NCBI GenBank assembly: GCA_965243735.1
Contig: CBDEVZ010000008.1
Location: 3,700,017 to 3,764,016, forward strand
From: an uncultured Candidatus Binatia bacterium
GTDB lineage: Bacteria > Desulfobacterota > Binatia > Bin18
DNA length: 64,000 nucleotides
Direction of reading: 5' to 3'
Shown: positions 28,615-38,918 of the stretch, one piece after another
Numbering within the stretch: position 1 is the stretch's first letter
How the letters are laid out: each line of letters starts with the position of its first letter
Translations under genes and position numbers: made by a program
Notes under the pieces: model-generated
Database searches by the model: none
Seen by the model: the letters and a program-made list of their open reading frames with translations, nothing else
What the model was told of the DNA's origin: nothing

Positions 28615-28656
28615 AACGCCTCTCCTTGTTTTCTGTCCCGCATCGGCAGAGCCCGT

Positions 28657-29601
28657 TCAAGTCGAAATCTGGCGCAACTGATAGCCAAAACGCGGAAAGT
28701 GGACGGTCACCAGTCCGGTCCGTGCATGGCTATGCTGAAGCGCCATACGCACCGCATCAATAGAGACCAGGGTGCCGATACTGGGGTTGGCCTTTCCGTA
28801 ATCGGTCGGCGTCACCGCGACCGTCTGGCCGAGGGCAGGATCGCCATCGAACGGTTCGCTCGGCGGCGGTGGCGGCGGGTCTGCGGCGGCTGCCAGGTCC
28901 AGCGCCTCAGACGATCTCATGGGTCGGAAGTTTCCGTGCCCCCGGGCTGCAACCCGATCCATCCAGCGCCGTATCGGCTCGGGAATAAGTGCCAGGCGCT
29001 GACCCGACAGTTGGTCCATGACCCACAGCGGGTGGTAGATCACACAATCGGCCAGCGACATGCTGTCGCCACACACATAGACACGGCCGTCACTCAGCAG
29101 GTCGTGAATCCAGGCCAGTTGGGGGCGCAGCTGGCTCAGGTTCTTGTCGGCCGCCGCCCGCCGGTGGACCAGACCGGGCTCCGGTTTGCCGAGCAGGGCC
29201 GCCCGGTCGGCCAGGAAGTCGGGCGTGAAGCGTTCGGCCTCGGCGTAGGCACACGAGGTATAGTTGATGGTGTTGCGGGTCAGGATGGAGTCGGTCCAGC
29301 GTTCCAGACCGGCAATACAGGCCCGCTGGGCCGCCACATCCGGCCCGGGATAGAGCGAAGGCTGGGGAAAGCGCCGCTCCAGCTCTTCAATAATCCGCAC
29401 CGTATCGCAGTAGACCTCAGCCCCGATCTGGAGGGCTGGGGCGCGGCGATACCCGCCGGTGAGCGGCAGGTAGTCCGGCTTGGGCAGGACGGGAGGAATC
29501 TCAACCGAGCGCCACGACAGCCCTTTGAGCCCCAGCACGAGGCGGACCTTCTCCGAGTAGTTGGAGAAGTCATAATGGTGCAGAATGAGTTCGGCGGCCA
29601 T
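28657..29601 (-). CDS. Glutathione S-transferase family protein
   Basis: 'SNYSEKVRLVLGLKG', 'RRAPALQIG...YCDT', 'SLADCVIY'. Confidence 0.85.
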   Translation of the reverse strand: MAAELILHHYDFSNYSEKVRLVLGLKGLSWRSVEIPPVLPKPDYLPLTGGYRRAPALQIGAEVYCDTVRIIEELERRFPQPSLYPGPDVAAQRACIAGLERWTDSILTRNTINYTSCAYAEAERFTPDFLADRAALLGKPEPGLVHRRAAADKNLSQLRPQLAWIHDLLSDGRVYVCGDSMSLADCVIYHPLWVMDQLSGQRLALIPEPIRRWMDRVAARGHGNFRPMRSSEALDLAAAADPPPPPPSEPFDGDPALGQTVAVTPTDYGKANPSIGTLVSIDAVRMALQHSHARTGLVTVHFPRFGYQLRQIST

Positions 29602-29656
29602 AGCCCCTCCTTAGTAGCAGTCTGACAGTGACAAAAGAAGAGAAGGGTCGGGCAGG

Positions 29657-30499
29657 CTATTCGGCGACGCCTTTGGCCAGAGGCGTCGCACCCAGGCCGG
29701 CTTGGTGGCGGAGGGCGTGCTTGAGGCTGCCAACAAATTGTCCGACCTGAGGCAGAAGGTCGGCCTGGCCCTGATGGGTCTCGATGATCTGTGAGATGGC
29801 GCTACCGACAATGACGGCGTCGGCAATCCGGGCCACTTCGGCCGCCTGCTGGGGCGACGCGATGCCAAAGCCGACGCCGACCGGAACTGGCGAGATGGCC
29901 CGAATGCGACGCACCATCTCCGATAAATCGACCGGCAGCGCAGCGCGGGCACCGGTCACGCCGGTCACAGACACATAGTAGACAAAGCCGCGAGCCTGGC
30001 TGAGGACGGCGCTGGCCCGGTTCAGAGAGCTGGTCGGCGCCAACAGGAAAATGAGGTCGAGGTCGTGCACGTCGGTCTCGCGCTTGAGTTCACCGGCCTC
30101 CTCGGGCGGCAGGTCTACGCATAACACGCCGTCCACCCCGGCATCCCGTGCGTCGCGGGCAAAGCGCCCGCCACCGTAGCGGAAGATCGGATTGTAGTAA
30201 GTGAACAGAATGATCGGGATGCTGAGGGAGCGGCGCAGACGTTGGACCAACTCGAGAATGCCCGCCAGCGAGGTTCCGCTCCGCAGGGCGCGCTCGGCCG
30301 CCCGTTGGTGGGTCGGCCCGTCGGCCATGGGATCGGAAAAGGGGACGCCGAGTTCAATGATATCGGCTCCCTGACGGGCGAGTTCGTGCACCAGCTCAAA
30401 GGTGGTCTCCAGATCAGGGTCGCCGGCCGTAATATAGGGAATAAGCCCGACTTCTCGGCGCACGCGCAGGGCGGCAAAGGTGTCGGCGATCCGCGTCAT
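29657..30499 (-). CDS. trpA: Tryptophan synthase alpha chain
   Basis: '[10 protein letters not shown]', '[14 protein letters not shown]', '[10 protein letters not shown]', 'GFGI'. Confidence 0.96.
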   Translation of the reverse strand: MTRIADTFAALRVRREVGLIPYITAGDPDLETTFELVHELARQGADIIELGVPFSDPMADGPTHQRAAERALRSGTSLAGILELVQRLRRSLSIPIILFTYYNPIFRYGGGRFARDARDAGVDGVLCVDLPPEEAGELKRETDVHDLDLIFLLAPTSSLNRASAVLSQARGFVYYVSVTGVTGARAALPVDLSEMVRRIRAISPVPVGVGFGIASPQQAAEVARIADAVIVGSAISQIIETHQGQADLLPQVGQFVGSLKHALRHQAGLGATPLAKGVAE

Positions 30500-31704
30500 T
30501 CTCTGTCGTCTCCCGTGTTGCGCGACTCTTCGACATACCGGGCAACACTTTCCAGATCCTTGTCCCCCCGTCCCGACACGTTAATCACCACCGTCTCATC
30601 GGGCCGTAGGCGCGGCACCAGCGACGCCGCATAGGCAATGGCGTGGGCGCTTTCCAGGGCCGGGATGATGCCCTCGGTCTCGGCCAGCAGCTTGATGGCG
30701 GCAACGGCCTCGTCGTCCCTGACCGTGACATACTCGACGCGCCTCCGGTCGTTGAGATGGCTCAGCTCCGGTCCGACCCCGGGATAGTCGAGGCCGGGCG
30801 CCAGGGAGTAGGTATCCTGGATCTGGCCCAACTCGTCTTGCAGCACATAGCTCTTGCTGCCGTGCAGGACGCCGACGTGTCCGCCATTGATTGAGGCGGC
30901 GTCCTGCCCGGGTCCCAGGCCGCCGGCCTCAACCCCGATCATGCGGACCTGATCCGCCGAGAGAAAGGGCGCGAATAAGCCCATGGCGTTGCTGCCGCCG
31001 CCCACACAGGCAATCAGATAGTCGGGTAAACGGCCGGTCTGTTTGCGCACCTGTCGCTTGGTTTCGCGGCCAATCACCGACTGAAAGTCGCGGACCAGCA
31101 TGGGATAGGGGTGCGGTCCGGCCACGGTGCCGATCACATAAAACGTAGAGCTGACCTGGGTGATCCAGTCCCGCAGGGCCTCGTTCATGGCATCTTTGAG
31201 GGTACGCGTCCCGGCCGCCACTTCGCGCAGCTTGGCGCCCAGCAGGCGCATCCGGAAAACATTCGGCGCCTGGCGGACCACATCGTCGCTACCCATGAAG
31301 ACCTCGCACTCGAAGCCAAACAGGGCGGCAACAGTGGCGGTCGCCACGCCGTGCTGGCCGGCTCCGGTCTCGGCAATCAGGCGTCGCTTACCCATGCGCT
31401 TGGCCAGCAGAGCCTGGCCGATGGTGTTATTGATCTTATGCGCCCCGGTGTGGCACAGATCTTCCCGCTTGAGATAGATCTTGGCTCCGCCCAGACGCTG
31501 GGTCAGACGCTCGGCAAAGCTCAGGGGGGTTGGGCGACCGACGTATTCTTGGCGCAGGGCGCGCAGCTCGGCCTGAAAGGTCGGGTCGCGCCGACACTGA
31601 CGATACAGCTCCTCCAGCTCAATCAGCGCTGGCATCAGGGTTTCGGCAACGTAGCGTCCCCCGTACGGACCAAAGTGACCACGGCTGTCAGGCTGTCTTG
31701 GCAT
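30496..31704 (-). CDS. trpB: Tryptophan synthase beta chain
   Basis: 'GHFGPYGG', PLP lysine motif 'HTGAHKINN', 'AETGAGQHG', 'GLDYPGVGP'. Start trimmed to 31704. Confidence 0.96.
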   Translation of the reverse strand: MPRQPDSRGHFGPYGGRYVAETLMPALIELEELYRQCRRDPTFQAELRALRQEYVGRPTPLSFAERLTQRLGGAKIYLKREDLCHTGAHKINNTIGQALLAKRMGKRRLIAETGAGQHGVATATVAALFGFECEVFMGSDDVVRQAPNVFRMRLLGAKLREVAAGTRTLKDAMNEALRDWITQVSSTFYVIGTVAGPHPYPMLVRDFQSVIGRETKRQVRKQTGRLPDYLIACVGGGSNAMGLFAPFLSADQVRMIGVEAGGLGPGQDAASINGGHVGVLHGSKSYVLQDELGQIQDTYSLAPGLDYPGVGPELSHLNDRRRVEYVTVRDDEAVAAIKLLAETEGIIPALESAHAIAYAASLVPRLRPDETVVINVSGRGDKDLESVARYVEESRNTGDDRE

Positions 31705-32308
31705 ACTGGATAAAGGCGCGGAGTTTGTCGGCATCCTTGTGGCCTGGGGCACGCTCTACGCCGCTAGCGACATCGACCGCCCAGGGCTGGACGGTGCGGA
31801 TTGCCGTCGCGACGTTCTCGGGCGTTAAGCCGCCGGCCAGAATAAGACGCTGGCGCTGGTCCTCGGGCAGCCCGGCCAGCCGCGACCAGACAAAGCTGGT
31901 CCCGGTCCCTCCGTATCGGCCTGGACGGTAAGTGTCAAGCAACACATAGTCGGCCGGGTGGGTGGACCAGTCCGGGAGCAGGGGCTCAGCCCCGACCCGC
32001 AGAGCTTTAATCGTTTTCTGTTGCCAGCCGCGGCAGTCTGGCGCGGTTTCATCGCCGTGGAACTGGACGGCGTGCAGGCCGAGTCGCTCGGCCAGTGCCG
32101 CCACCTGGTGTCGCGGGGCATTCACAAACACCCCGACCCGCCAGACCGAGGGCGGAAGCAGGCCACAGATGGCCCGGGCGGTCGGCTCGGACACGTAGCG
32201 CGGGCTGGGCGGGTAGAAGTTGAGGCCGATCAGATCGGCGCCAGCCTCAACCGCCAGACGCGCGTCGTCAACATTGGTAATGCCGCAGATTTTAACCCGG
32301 ATCGTCAT
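31688..32308 (-). CDS. trpF: Phosphoribosylanthranilate isomerase
   Basis: 'VKICGIT', 'VGVFVN', 'VQFHGDE', '[10 protein letters not shown]', 'VDVASGVE'. Confidence 0.95.
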   Translation of the reverse strand: MTIRVKICGITNVDDARLAVEAGADLIGLNFYPPSPRYVSEPTARAICGLLPPSVWRVGVFVNAPRHQVAALAERLGLHAVQFHGDETAPDCRGWQQKTIKALRVGAEPLLPDWSTHPADYVLLDTYRPGRYGGTGTSFVWSRLAGLPEDQRQRLILAGGLTPENVATAIRTVQPWAVDVASGVERAPGHKDADKLRAFIQYAKTA

Positions 32309-32330
32309 CTGACGCTGAGAGAGACGCGGC

Positions 32331-33113
32331 TCACGGGGCGGCCCGGAGCATCGCCCGGAGGGGTTCGCCAGGGTCTGGGGCGGCCATGAAGGTCTCGCCG
32401 ATCAAAAACGCCCTGACGCCCCGCGCTTCGAGTCGGTCCAGTTGCTCGGCCCGGGACAGACCGCTCTCTGACACCACAGTCACGTCGGGCGGAATATGCT
32501 CCAGCAGACGTTCGGTCGTCTCGATGCTGGTCTGAAACGTGCGCAGATCGCGGTTGTTGATGCCCAGCAGTGAGACCTGGCAGGCCAGGGCGCGTTCGAG
32601 TTCGGCCTCGTCATGCACCTCAACCAGACAATCGAGCCGCAGAGAGTCGGCCAGCGCCGCCAACTCCTGGAGCTGGGCGTCTGACAGAATGGCGACGATC
32701 AGCAGGATGGCGCTCGCCCCATACGACCGGGCTTCATACACCTGATAGGGATCGAACACAAAATCCTTGCGCAGCAGCGGCAGGCCGACGTGCTCGCGAA
32801 TCAGGCCTAAATAGTCGAGATGCCCCTGAAAGAACTTCTGATCGGTCAGCACCGAGATGGCTGCGGCACCGGACGCGGCATAGGTGCGGGCCAGCCGCAA
32901 CGGGTCAAAGTCCGCCCGGATGACGCCTTTTGATGGCGAGGCTTTTTTTACCTCGGCGATGATCGTCCGACCAGGATGTTGCTGAAGCGCCTGCAGAAAG
33001 GCGGGCGGCACAGCCTGGAAGTGGACCGAATCCTGGAGCTGGGCTGGGGAAACCGTCCGTTTCTGAGCGGCCAGCTCGATCCGTTTGTGGGCCACAATGT
33101 CGTCGAGAATCAT
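32331..33113 (-). CDS. trpC: Indole-3-glycerol phosphate synthase
   Basis: 'IAEVKKASPSKG', 'SVLTD..FFQG', 'LRKDF', 'GINNRDL', 'SESG'. Confidence 0.95.
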   Translation of the reverse strand: MILDDIVAHKRIELAAQKRTVSPAQLQDSVHFQAVPPAFLQALQQHPGRTIIAEVKKASPSKGVIRADFDPLRLARTYAASGAAAISVLTDQKFFQGHLDYLGLIREHVGLPLLRKDFVFDPYQVYEARSYGASAILLIVAILSDAQLQELAALADSLRLDCLVEVHDEAELERALACQVSLLGINNRDLRTFQTSIETTERLLEHIPPDVTVVSESGLSRAEQLDRLEARGVRAFLIGETFMAAPDPGEPLRAMLRAAP

Positions 33114-34129
33114 TCCGCTTCCGTGAGGCTCAGAGCAATGTAGGCGTCAAGTGTCTGCGCGGCGGCTCCGCTATCAATGGCGGCTTGGGCACGGGCGACC
33201 CCCTGGCCGACAGACGAGACAAGATCGCCGACGTACAGCGCGGCCCCGGCGTTGAAACACACGATATCACGGGCCGGGCCGGGCTGAGCGGCAAAAACAT
33301 GGCGGATGAGGTCGGCCGATTCCTGGGCGCTGCTCACCTGTAGCTCGGACAGCCGGCAGGCGGACAGGCCGAATTCGGCGGGCTGAACGGTATAGGTCTT
33401 GACCCGACCCTCGGTCCACTCGGCAACGTGGCTGGGACCGGACAGCGAGAGTTCATCCAGACCGTCCGCGCCGTGGACGACCAGCGCATGGCGGCTCCCC
33501 AGGCGACCCAAGGCTTCGGCCAGCGGCGCGACCCAGCGCTGGGCAAAAACGCCGATGAGCTGGTGTCCGGCCCCGGCCGGGTTGGTCAGCGGACCGAGCA
33601 GGTTGAAAATCGTCCGAATCCCGATTTCTCGACGCGGTCCAACGGCGTATCGCATCGCCTTATGAAAGGCCGGTGCCAGAAAGAAGCCGAAGCCGACCGT
33701 CCGCAAGGAGTGGGCCACCTGTTCCGGCGTCAGTTCAATGCGTGCTCCAAGCGTTTCCAGGACATCCGCGCCGCCAACCACGCCGGACATGGCCCGGTTG
33801 CCGTGCTTGGCCACACGGCCGCCAGCCGCGACAACGACAAAGGCCGCAGCAGTGGAAATGTTGAAGGTGCGGCAGCCATCCCCGCCAGTACCACACGTAT
33901 CAATGACCGGCCCGGGTGGCTCGACCCGGGTGGCACGGTCTCGCATCACCCTGGCTGCACCGGCAATCTCGGCCACAACCTCGCCCTTTACGTGCAAACC
34001 GGTCAACAGGGCGCCGATTTGGGCCGGGGTGGCCTGGCCGTCCATGATCTCGGCGGTGACCAGAGCCATCTCCTGCTCGCTCAGGTCATGGCCGGCGGCC
34101 ACACGGGCGATGGCCTCTCGTACCGTCAT
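33110..34129 (-). CDS. trpD: Anthranilate phosphoribosyltransferase
   Basis: 'DTCGTGGDG..TFNIST', 'AKHGNRAMS', 'FNLLGPLTNP'. Confidence 0.96.
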   Translation of the reverse strand: MTVREAIARVAAGHDLSEQEMALVTAEIMDGQATPAQIGALLTGLHVKGEVVAEIAGAARVMRDRATRVEPPGPVIDTCGTGGDGCRTFNISTAAAFVVVAAGGRVAKHGNRAMSGVVGGADVLETLGARIELTPEQVAHSLRTVGFGFFLAPAFHKAMRYAVGPRREIGIRTIFNLLGPLTNPAGAGHQLIGVFAQRWVAPLAEALGRLGSRHALVVHGADGLDELSLSGPSHVAEWTEGRVKTYTVQPAEFGLSACRLSELQVSSAQESADLIRHVFAAQPGPARDIVCFNAGAALYVGDLVSSVGQGVARAQAAIDSGAAAQTLDAYIALSLTEAE

Positions 34130-34138
34130 AGACTGCTC

Positions 34139-34753
34139 TCAGTGCAAAACGGGGTAGGCCTGGGCAAAGGTTTTCTGGTGTCGGAAACGCGAGAGCGCCG
34201 CCTTGGCCTCCAGCTCTTCACTAAAGGGACCGATCCGGACCCGATACCACACCCTGCCCCGCCGAACGACCTTGCTGATTGAGGGACTGTACCCCTGTTG
34301 GCGCAGACGTTTCGCGGTCTGCCGAGCGGTTTTCTGCCGGGTCGTGGCCTGGACCTGGACACTCCAGCGTCTCGGTTTGGCGGGCGGCTTTTCATGCTGC
34401 GCGCGTGGTGGGGCTGTGACAGGTGGCTTGGGCTCAGGCGTGGCGGCAGGTGGCTCGGCCGTGGCCAAAAGAGGCAGCGGGGCGGATGGTTTCGGGCTCT
34501 CTGGCTGCTGGACCGGGACCGCCGCTTGGGGACTGGGCAGAGGCAGCGCCGCCGGGCGGGCGAGGAGTTCGGTTTTCGACCGTCCAACAGGTACGCGTAG
34601 CGGCGTGGCCTGTTCGACCGTTTTTTGAGCTTGAACCTCTTTGCCAACATAGACGCCGAAGACAAAAATCAGAAGAGAAGCAAACAGGCAGCTCACCACC
34701 AGTAGGCTTCCTTCAAACGCACTCACCTGTAACCGATACCGTCGCTGTGCCAT
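34139..34753 (-). CDS. SPOR-domain cell-envelope protein (FtsN/DedD-like)
   Basis: N-terminal TM helix, Pro-rich linker, C-terminal 'WSVQVQAT...WYRVRIGPF'. Confidence 0.85.
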   Translation of the reverse strand: MAQRRYRLQVSAFEGSLLVVSCLFASLLIFVFGVYVGKEVQAQKTVEQATPLRVPVGRSKTELLARPAALPLPSPQAAVPVQQPESPKPSAPLPLLATAEPPAATPEPKPPVTAPPRAQHEKPPAKPRRWSVQVQATTRQKTARQTAKRLRQQGYSPSISKVVRRGRVWYRVRIGPFSEELEAKAALSRFRHQKTFAQAYPVLH

Positions 34754-34779
34754 ACCCGTGTTCGGGCCGAGCCCTCAGA

Positions 34780-34817
34780 AAACCAGGGGGACGGCATACA
34801 GCCCTCCCCCCTGGTTT
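34780..34817 (-). terminator. Terminator-like hairpin between rplQ and the SPOR-trp genes
   Basis: 11-bp stem aaaccaggggg/ccccctggttt, ending in TTTT on the minus strand. Confidence 0.55.
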
Positions 34818-34912
34818 GGTACACTCTCGACTCGTTCCGCCCGCTCCTCCCACTCCTCCAACACTCGGACCGCCCTCGCATGGCCCGTTCCACTGCCGGC
34901 CGGCTGTGGCCT

Positions 34913-35290
34913 TTAGTTGGTCGCCGTCTCGGCCTCGCGTTCGGTGAACTCAATCAAGGATAGCGGAGCCGCGTCGCCGCGTCGAGGGCCGAGCTTAATA
35001 ATCCGGGTATAGCCGCCGGCGCGATTCTCAAAACGCGGGGCAATGTCGTCAAACAAACGCGACACCAGGGTCCGGCTCCCCAGCTGGGCATAGGCCAGAC
35101 GGCGAGCGTGGAGGGTATCCTTCTTGCCCAAGGTGACAATACGGTCGGCCCAACGGCGGAGTTCTTTGGCCTTGGCGTCGGTCGTTTGGATTTGCTCACG
35201 CTGGATGAGCGCCTTGAGCAGGTTACGGATCAGCGCTCGGCGATGCGCCGTGGTACGGTTCAGTTTTCGTCCGGTTTTGAGGTGTCGCAT
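34913..35290 (-). CDS. rplQ: 50S ribosomal protein L17
   Basis: 'MRHLKTGRKLNRTTAHR...TTDAKAKE...GGYTRI'. Confidence 0.96.
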   Translation of the reverse strand: MRHLKTGRKLNRTTAHRRALIRNLLKALIQREQIQTTDAKAKELRRWADRIVTLGKKDTLHARRLAYAQLGSRTLVSRLFDDIAPRFENRAGGYTRIIKLGPRRGDAAPLSLIEFTEREAETATN

Positions 35291-35320
35291 GACGGTGTAT
35301 CTCATGTCCCCTATGGGGCT

Positions 35321-36346
35321 CTAGGAACTCAGCTCTGGCTCGTGTTCTGCGCGCAGGCGGTCCAGCTCTTCCCGCGGAGGAAAGTCGTCGAGCTGCAGCC
35401 CCAACTCGAGCCCCATGCTCTGCAGGGTTTCCTTGATTTCGTTCAAGGATTTCCGACCGAAATTCTTGGTCTTGAGCAGGTCGGCCTCACTACGCTGCAC
35501 GAGTTCCCCAACATAGCGCAGGTCGGCGCTCTGGAGGCAGTTGGCAGAGCGTACCGACAGGTTCAATTCTTCAATCGGCTGGAGCAGATTCTCATTCACA
35601 ACCACGGCCGGCTCTTCGCCGGTCTCAGGCCGCCATTCCTGCTCCCCGCCCGGACCGGCAAAAACGTTGAGCTGGTCCTGGATAATCCGGGCCGCCGACG
35701 CGACCGCCTCTTCAGGCTTCAGGCTGCCATCGGTCCACACTTCGAGGGCCAGCCGCTCATAATCGGTCCGTTGGCCGACGCGCGCATTGGTGATGGCGAT
35801 ATTCACCTTGCGTACCGGAGAAAATGCCGCGTCCAGCGGAATCGTACCAATGGGGTCTTCCTCAGATTTATGCCGCTCGGCAGTCACATACCCCCGGCCG
35901 GTCTGGACGACCGCTTCGAATTCGAGGCTAGTGTCTTCGCCTAGGCTGGCGAGACGTTTGTCGGGGTTCAGAATTTCGACCTGAGCGCCAACCGTCAGGT
36001 CGGCTGCAGTCACCTCACGCTGGCCCTGCACGTCGAGCCGGATCGTCTCCTGGTCGGTGTCCTCAAGACGAAAACGGATTTCTTTGAGGTTGAGCAACAG
36101 GTCGGTGACGTCTTCGGTCATCCCTGACACGGTTGAGAACTCGTGCAGCACTCCGTTGATGCGCACCTTGGTGATAGCCGCGCCGGTCAGCGACGAGAGC
36201 AAGACCCGGCGCAAGGCGTTCCCCAGGGTCGTGCCGAAACCTCGCTCAAAAGGCTCTCCGATGAAGCGGCCATACGTGGGCGTGAGCGTTTGCTCCTCAA
36301 TGTCGAGGTTCTGCGGCTTGATCAAACTATGCCAAGTGTCCTGCAT
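35321..36346 (-). CDS. rpoA: RNA polymerase alpha subunit
   Basis: 'EPFERGFGTTLGNALRRVLLSS', alpha-CTD 'LSVRSANCL...NFGRKSLNEI'. Confidence 0.97.
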   Translation of the reverse strand: MQDTWHSLIKPQNLDIEEQTLTPTYGRFIGEPFERGFGTTLGNALRRVLLSSLTGAAITKVRINGVLHEFSTVSGMTEDVTDLLLNLKEIRFRLEDTDQETIRLDVQGQREVTAADLTVGAQVEILNPDKRLASLGEDTSLEFEAVVQTGRGYVTAERHKSEEDPIGTIPLDAAFSPVRKVNIAITNARVGQRTDYERLALEVWTDGSLKPEEAVASAARIIQDQLNVFAGPGGEQEWRPETGEEPAVVVNENLLQPIEELNLSVRSANCLQSADLRYVGELVQRSEADLLKTKNFGRKSLNEIKETLQSMGLELGLQLDDFPPREELDRLRAEHEPELSS

Positions 36347-36409
36347 GCTCCTCCCTCTTCCTTAGACGTGCGGGGCGACAATCCGGAGCCACCCTGGTGG
36401 CATGCGGTG

Positions 36410-37042
36410 TTAGACTTTCGAGTACAGCTCAACAATCAGCTGTTCATTGACCGGCACGGTGAGGTCGGCCCGTCCGGGCAGGGCTTTCATTCTGCCGACA
36501 AAGGTATCCTTCTCAACCTCCAACCATTCCGGTACGCCACGTCGCTGGGCCAGCTCGGCCGCCTCCTGGATACGGGCAATTTTCCGGCTCGCCTCCCGGA
36601 CCTGGACCTCGTCGCCAATGCCGACCATGTAGGAAGGAATGGTCACCCGACGATTATTGACCAGAAAGTGGCCGTGGCGGACGAGCTGTCTGGCCTCCGA
36701 ACGCGAAGTCGCAAATCCCATCCGGTAGACGGTATTGTCGAGCCGACGCTCCAGGAGCAAGAGCAGGTTCTCACCGGTGACGCCGCGCCGACGCTCGGCC
36801 AGGGAAAACATTCGACGGAAGGGCTTCTCCAGGGCGCCGTAGATGCGTTTGAGCTTCTGCTTCTCACGCAGCTGGATACTATACTCGGTCGCCTTCCGGC
36901 CTCTGCCCTGACCGTGCTGTCCCGGCGGGTAACTCCGCCGTTCTATCGCGCATTTATCGGTGTAGCAGCGCTCTCCCTTGAGGAAAAGCTTGATTCCCTC
37001 TCGCCTGCACAGGCGACAGACTGGCCCGCTGTATCGCGCCAC
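36410..37042 (-). CDS. rpsD: 30S ribosomal protein S4
   Basis: GTG start; zinc-type N-terminus '[16 protein letters not shown]...KC'; 'LERRLDN..YRMGFA'. Confidence 0.96.
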   Translation of the reverse strand: MARYSGPVCRLCRREGIKLFLKGERCYTDKCAIERRSYPPGQHGQGRGRKATEYSIQLREKQKLKRIYGALEKPFRRMFSLAERRRGVTGENLLLLLERRLDNTVYRMGFATSRSEARQLVRHGHFLVNNRRVTIPSYMVGIGDEVQVREASRKIARIQEAAELAQRRGVPEWLEVEKDTFVGRMKALPGRADLTVPVNEQLIVELYSKV

Positions 37043-37126
37043 AAAATCCTCCAGCTTTCGTCTAGCTTGGTGGGGGGCTCCGTCGTGTCAGTGATGGCTC
37101 ACCACAGTCTCTCTCGCGTGTGAGTG

Positions 37127-37154
37127 TTGACATTTGCCCTTTGACTTTCTTGTC
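37127..37154. repeat. Heptameric dispersed repeat, copy 2 (ttgacat-ttgccct-ttgactt-tcttgtc)
   Basis: 26/28 nt identical to 1567-1594; in the rpsK-rpsD spacer. Confidence 0.7.
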
Positions 37155-37167
37155 TTCCTCAACCGCC

Positions 37168-37566
37168 TCAGACCCGTCGCCGTTTTGGAGGACGACAGCC
37201 GTTATGCGGAATCGGGGTCACGTCCCGGATGACGCTCACCGCAAAGCCGGTGGCCTGCAATGAGCGCAGGGCCGACTCCCGCCCTGCCCCCGGTCCCTTG
37301 ACATGGACCTGAACGGAACGCATGCCGGCATCGGCCGCTTTTCGCGCCGCGCTCTCGGCCGCCATTTGGGCGGCATACGGCGTGCCTTTGCGTGAGCCTT
37401 TGAAGCCCACGCTGCCCGAACTGGCCCAGGCGACCGAATTCCCCTGCGGGTCGGTGATGGTCACGATAGTGTTGTTGAAGGTCGAGTAGATATGAACGAC
37501 GCCCTCTGGGACCGACCGCTTCACACGTTTCCTGCGTGTCGAAGCACGCTCGCCGGCTCTGGCCAT
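37168..37566 (-). CDS. rpsK: 30S ribosomal protein S11
   Basis: '[12 protein letters not shown]', '[13 protein letters not shown]', '[13 protein letters not shown]'. Confidence 0.97.
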   Translation of the reverse strand: MARAGERASTRRKRVKRSVPEGVVHIYSTFNNTIVTITDPQGNSVAWASSGSVGFKGSRKGTPYAAQMAAESAARKAADAGMRSVQVHVKGPGAGRESALRSLQATGFAVSVIRDVTPIPHNGCRPPKRRRV

Positions 37567-37591
37567 GCCATGTTCTCCTTACAGCTGCGGA

Positions 37592-37972
37592 CTAGCGGAC
37601 CGGCGCCTGTTTCTTTCCGGCCACCGTGCGCTTGGGGCCTTTTCGGGTCCGCGAGTTTGTTTTGGTCCGCTGTCCCCGGACCGGCAGATTCTTACGGTGC
37701 CGGATGCCCCGATGGGAGCCGATGTCGATGTAGCGCTTGATATTGCCAGTCACGTCCCGGCGCAGGTCACCCTCGACCCGGTAGTCTTCCTCAAGAACAC
37801 GGCGAATCGTGGCCACCTCGTCATCGCTTAAATCATCGGTGCTGCGCTCCAGAGGAACAGCGGCCGTCGCAAGGATGTCGGCCGCTGTCTTGCGACCAAT
37901 GCCGTAGATGTAGGTCAGGCCGATTTCGATCCGTTTATTCCGGGGCAGTTCAATCCCGGCGACACGTGCCAT
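37592..37972 (-). CDS. rpsM: 30S ribosomal protein S13
   Basis: '[10 protein letters not shown]', 'LTYIYGIG', '[11 protein letters not shown]'. Confidence 0.97.
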   Translation of the reverse strand: MARVAGIELPRNKRIEIGLTYIYGIGRKTAADILATAAVPLERSTDDLSDDEVATIRRVLEEDYRVEGDLRRDVTGNIKRYIDIGSHRGIRHRKNLPVRGQRTKTNSRTRKGPKRTVAGKKQAPVR

Positions 37973-37998
37973 GGTGCTTCTCCCTGTCCTCGCTGATC

Positions 37999-38112
37999 CT
38001 AGCCCTGGCGTTGTTTGCAGCGGGGATTCTCACAAATAACGCGCACTTTTCCAAAGCGGCGAATAAGCTTACACTTCCGACAAATCTTTTTGACCGAAGC
38101 CCGAACTTTCAT
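37999..38112 (-). CDS. rpmJ: 50S ribosomal protein L36 (not in ORF track; 37 aa)
   Basis: Manual translation [37 protein letters not shown], at the canonical position before rpsM. Confidence 0.96.
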   Translation of the reverse strand: MKVRASVKKICRKCKLIRRFGKVRVICENPRCKQRQG

Positions 38113-38134
38113 ACACGGCTCCTCTCTGACGACC

Positions 38135-38902
38135 TTAGAGCTGGCTCAGGATCTGTGGCCCGCGCTCCGTAATCGCAATGGAGTGCTCAAAATGCGCCGA
38201 CAAGCTGCCGTCTTTTGTCACCGCAGTCCAAGCGTCGTCTTTCATCATGACCGCGGCCTGTCCCATATTGACCATGGGTTCAATCGCCAGGACCATGCCT
38301 TCTCGCAGGCGAACCCCGCGATTTTTGGTGCCATAGTTGGGGACGGCGGGATCCTCGTGTAGGCGTCGCCCCACCCCGTGACCGACAAAATCGCGCACAA
38401 CGGAAAAGCCCTCCCGTTCGATACGGTCCTGGATGGCGGCCGACACATTGCCCAAACGGTTTCCGACCTGAGCCTGGGCAATTCCTTCTTCGAGCGACTC
38501 GGCCGTCGTGGTCAGGAGTTTGTGTGTACGCTCCGGAACGGCTCCGAGCACAAAGGAGATGGCGGCGTCCCCATAAAAGCCCTCATGGATGACGCCAAAG
38601 TCAAGACTCACTACATCTCCGTCTTGGATGGTGCGGGCAGTATTCGGAATCCCATGGACAATCTCATCGTTGATCGACACACAAATCGTGGCCGGAAAGG
38701 GCACCGAGCCATTGCGGATGGTATACCCCTTGAAGGCAGAGGCGGCGCCCTTTTTCCGAATCAGTTCGGTGGCCCAGCGGTCAATCTCACCGGTCGAGAT
38801 ACCAGGGCGCACCTGTTCTCGCAGCTCAGCCAGGATTTCGATCACGATCCGGTTGGCTTTGCGCATGAGTTCAATTTCGTGTGGCGACTTGAGGAAAATC
38901 AT
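38135..38902 (-). CDS. map: Methionine aminopeptidase, type I
   Basis: '[11 protein letters not shown]', 'DFGV...FYGDAA', 'GHGVG', 'AIEPM', 'AHFEHS'. Confidence 0.96.
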   Translation of the reverse strand: MIFLKSPHEIELMRKANRIVIEILAELREQVRPGISTGEIDRWATELIRKKGAASAFKGYTIRNGSVPFPATICVSINDEIVHGIPNTARTIQDGDVVSLDFGVIHEGFYGDAAISFVLGAVPERTHKLLTTTAESLEEGIAQAQVGNRLGNVSAAIQDRIEREGFSVVRDFVGHGVGRRLHEDPAVPNYGTKNRGVRLREGMVLAIEPMVNMGQAAVMMKDDAWTAVTKDGSLSAHFEHSIAITERGPQILSQL

Positions 38903-38918
38903 AAGCCTGTAGCGTGGG

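Noticed and set aside
27523-29625. 700-aa plus-strand ORF, and similar long ORFs at 16993-18753, 23166-24689, 38994-40472 and 55805-57619
   Set aside because: Antisense shadows of well-supported genes, expected in GC-rich DNA with strong codon bias; no recognisable motifs.
34723-34953. Possible trp attenuator leader peptide upstream of the SPOR-trp genes
   Set aside because: The only ORF there has scattered single Trp codons, no tandem Trp codons, and overlaps rplQ and SPOR; no antiterminator pairing was found.
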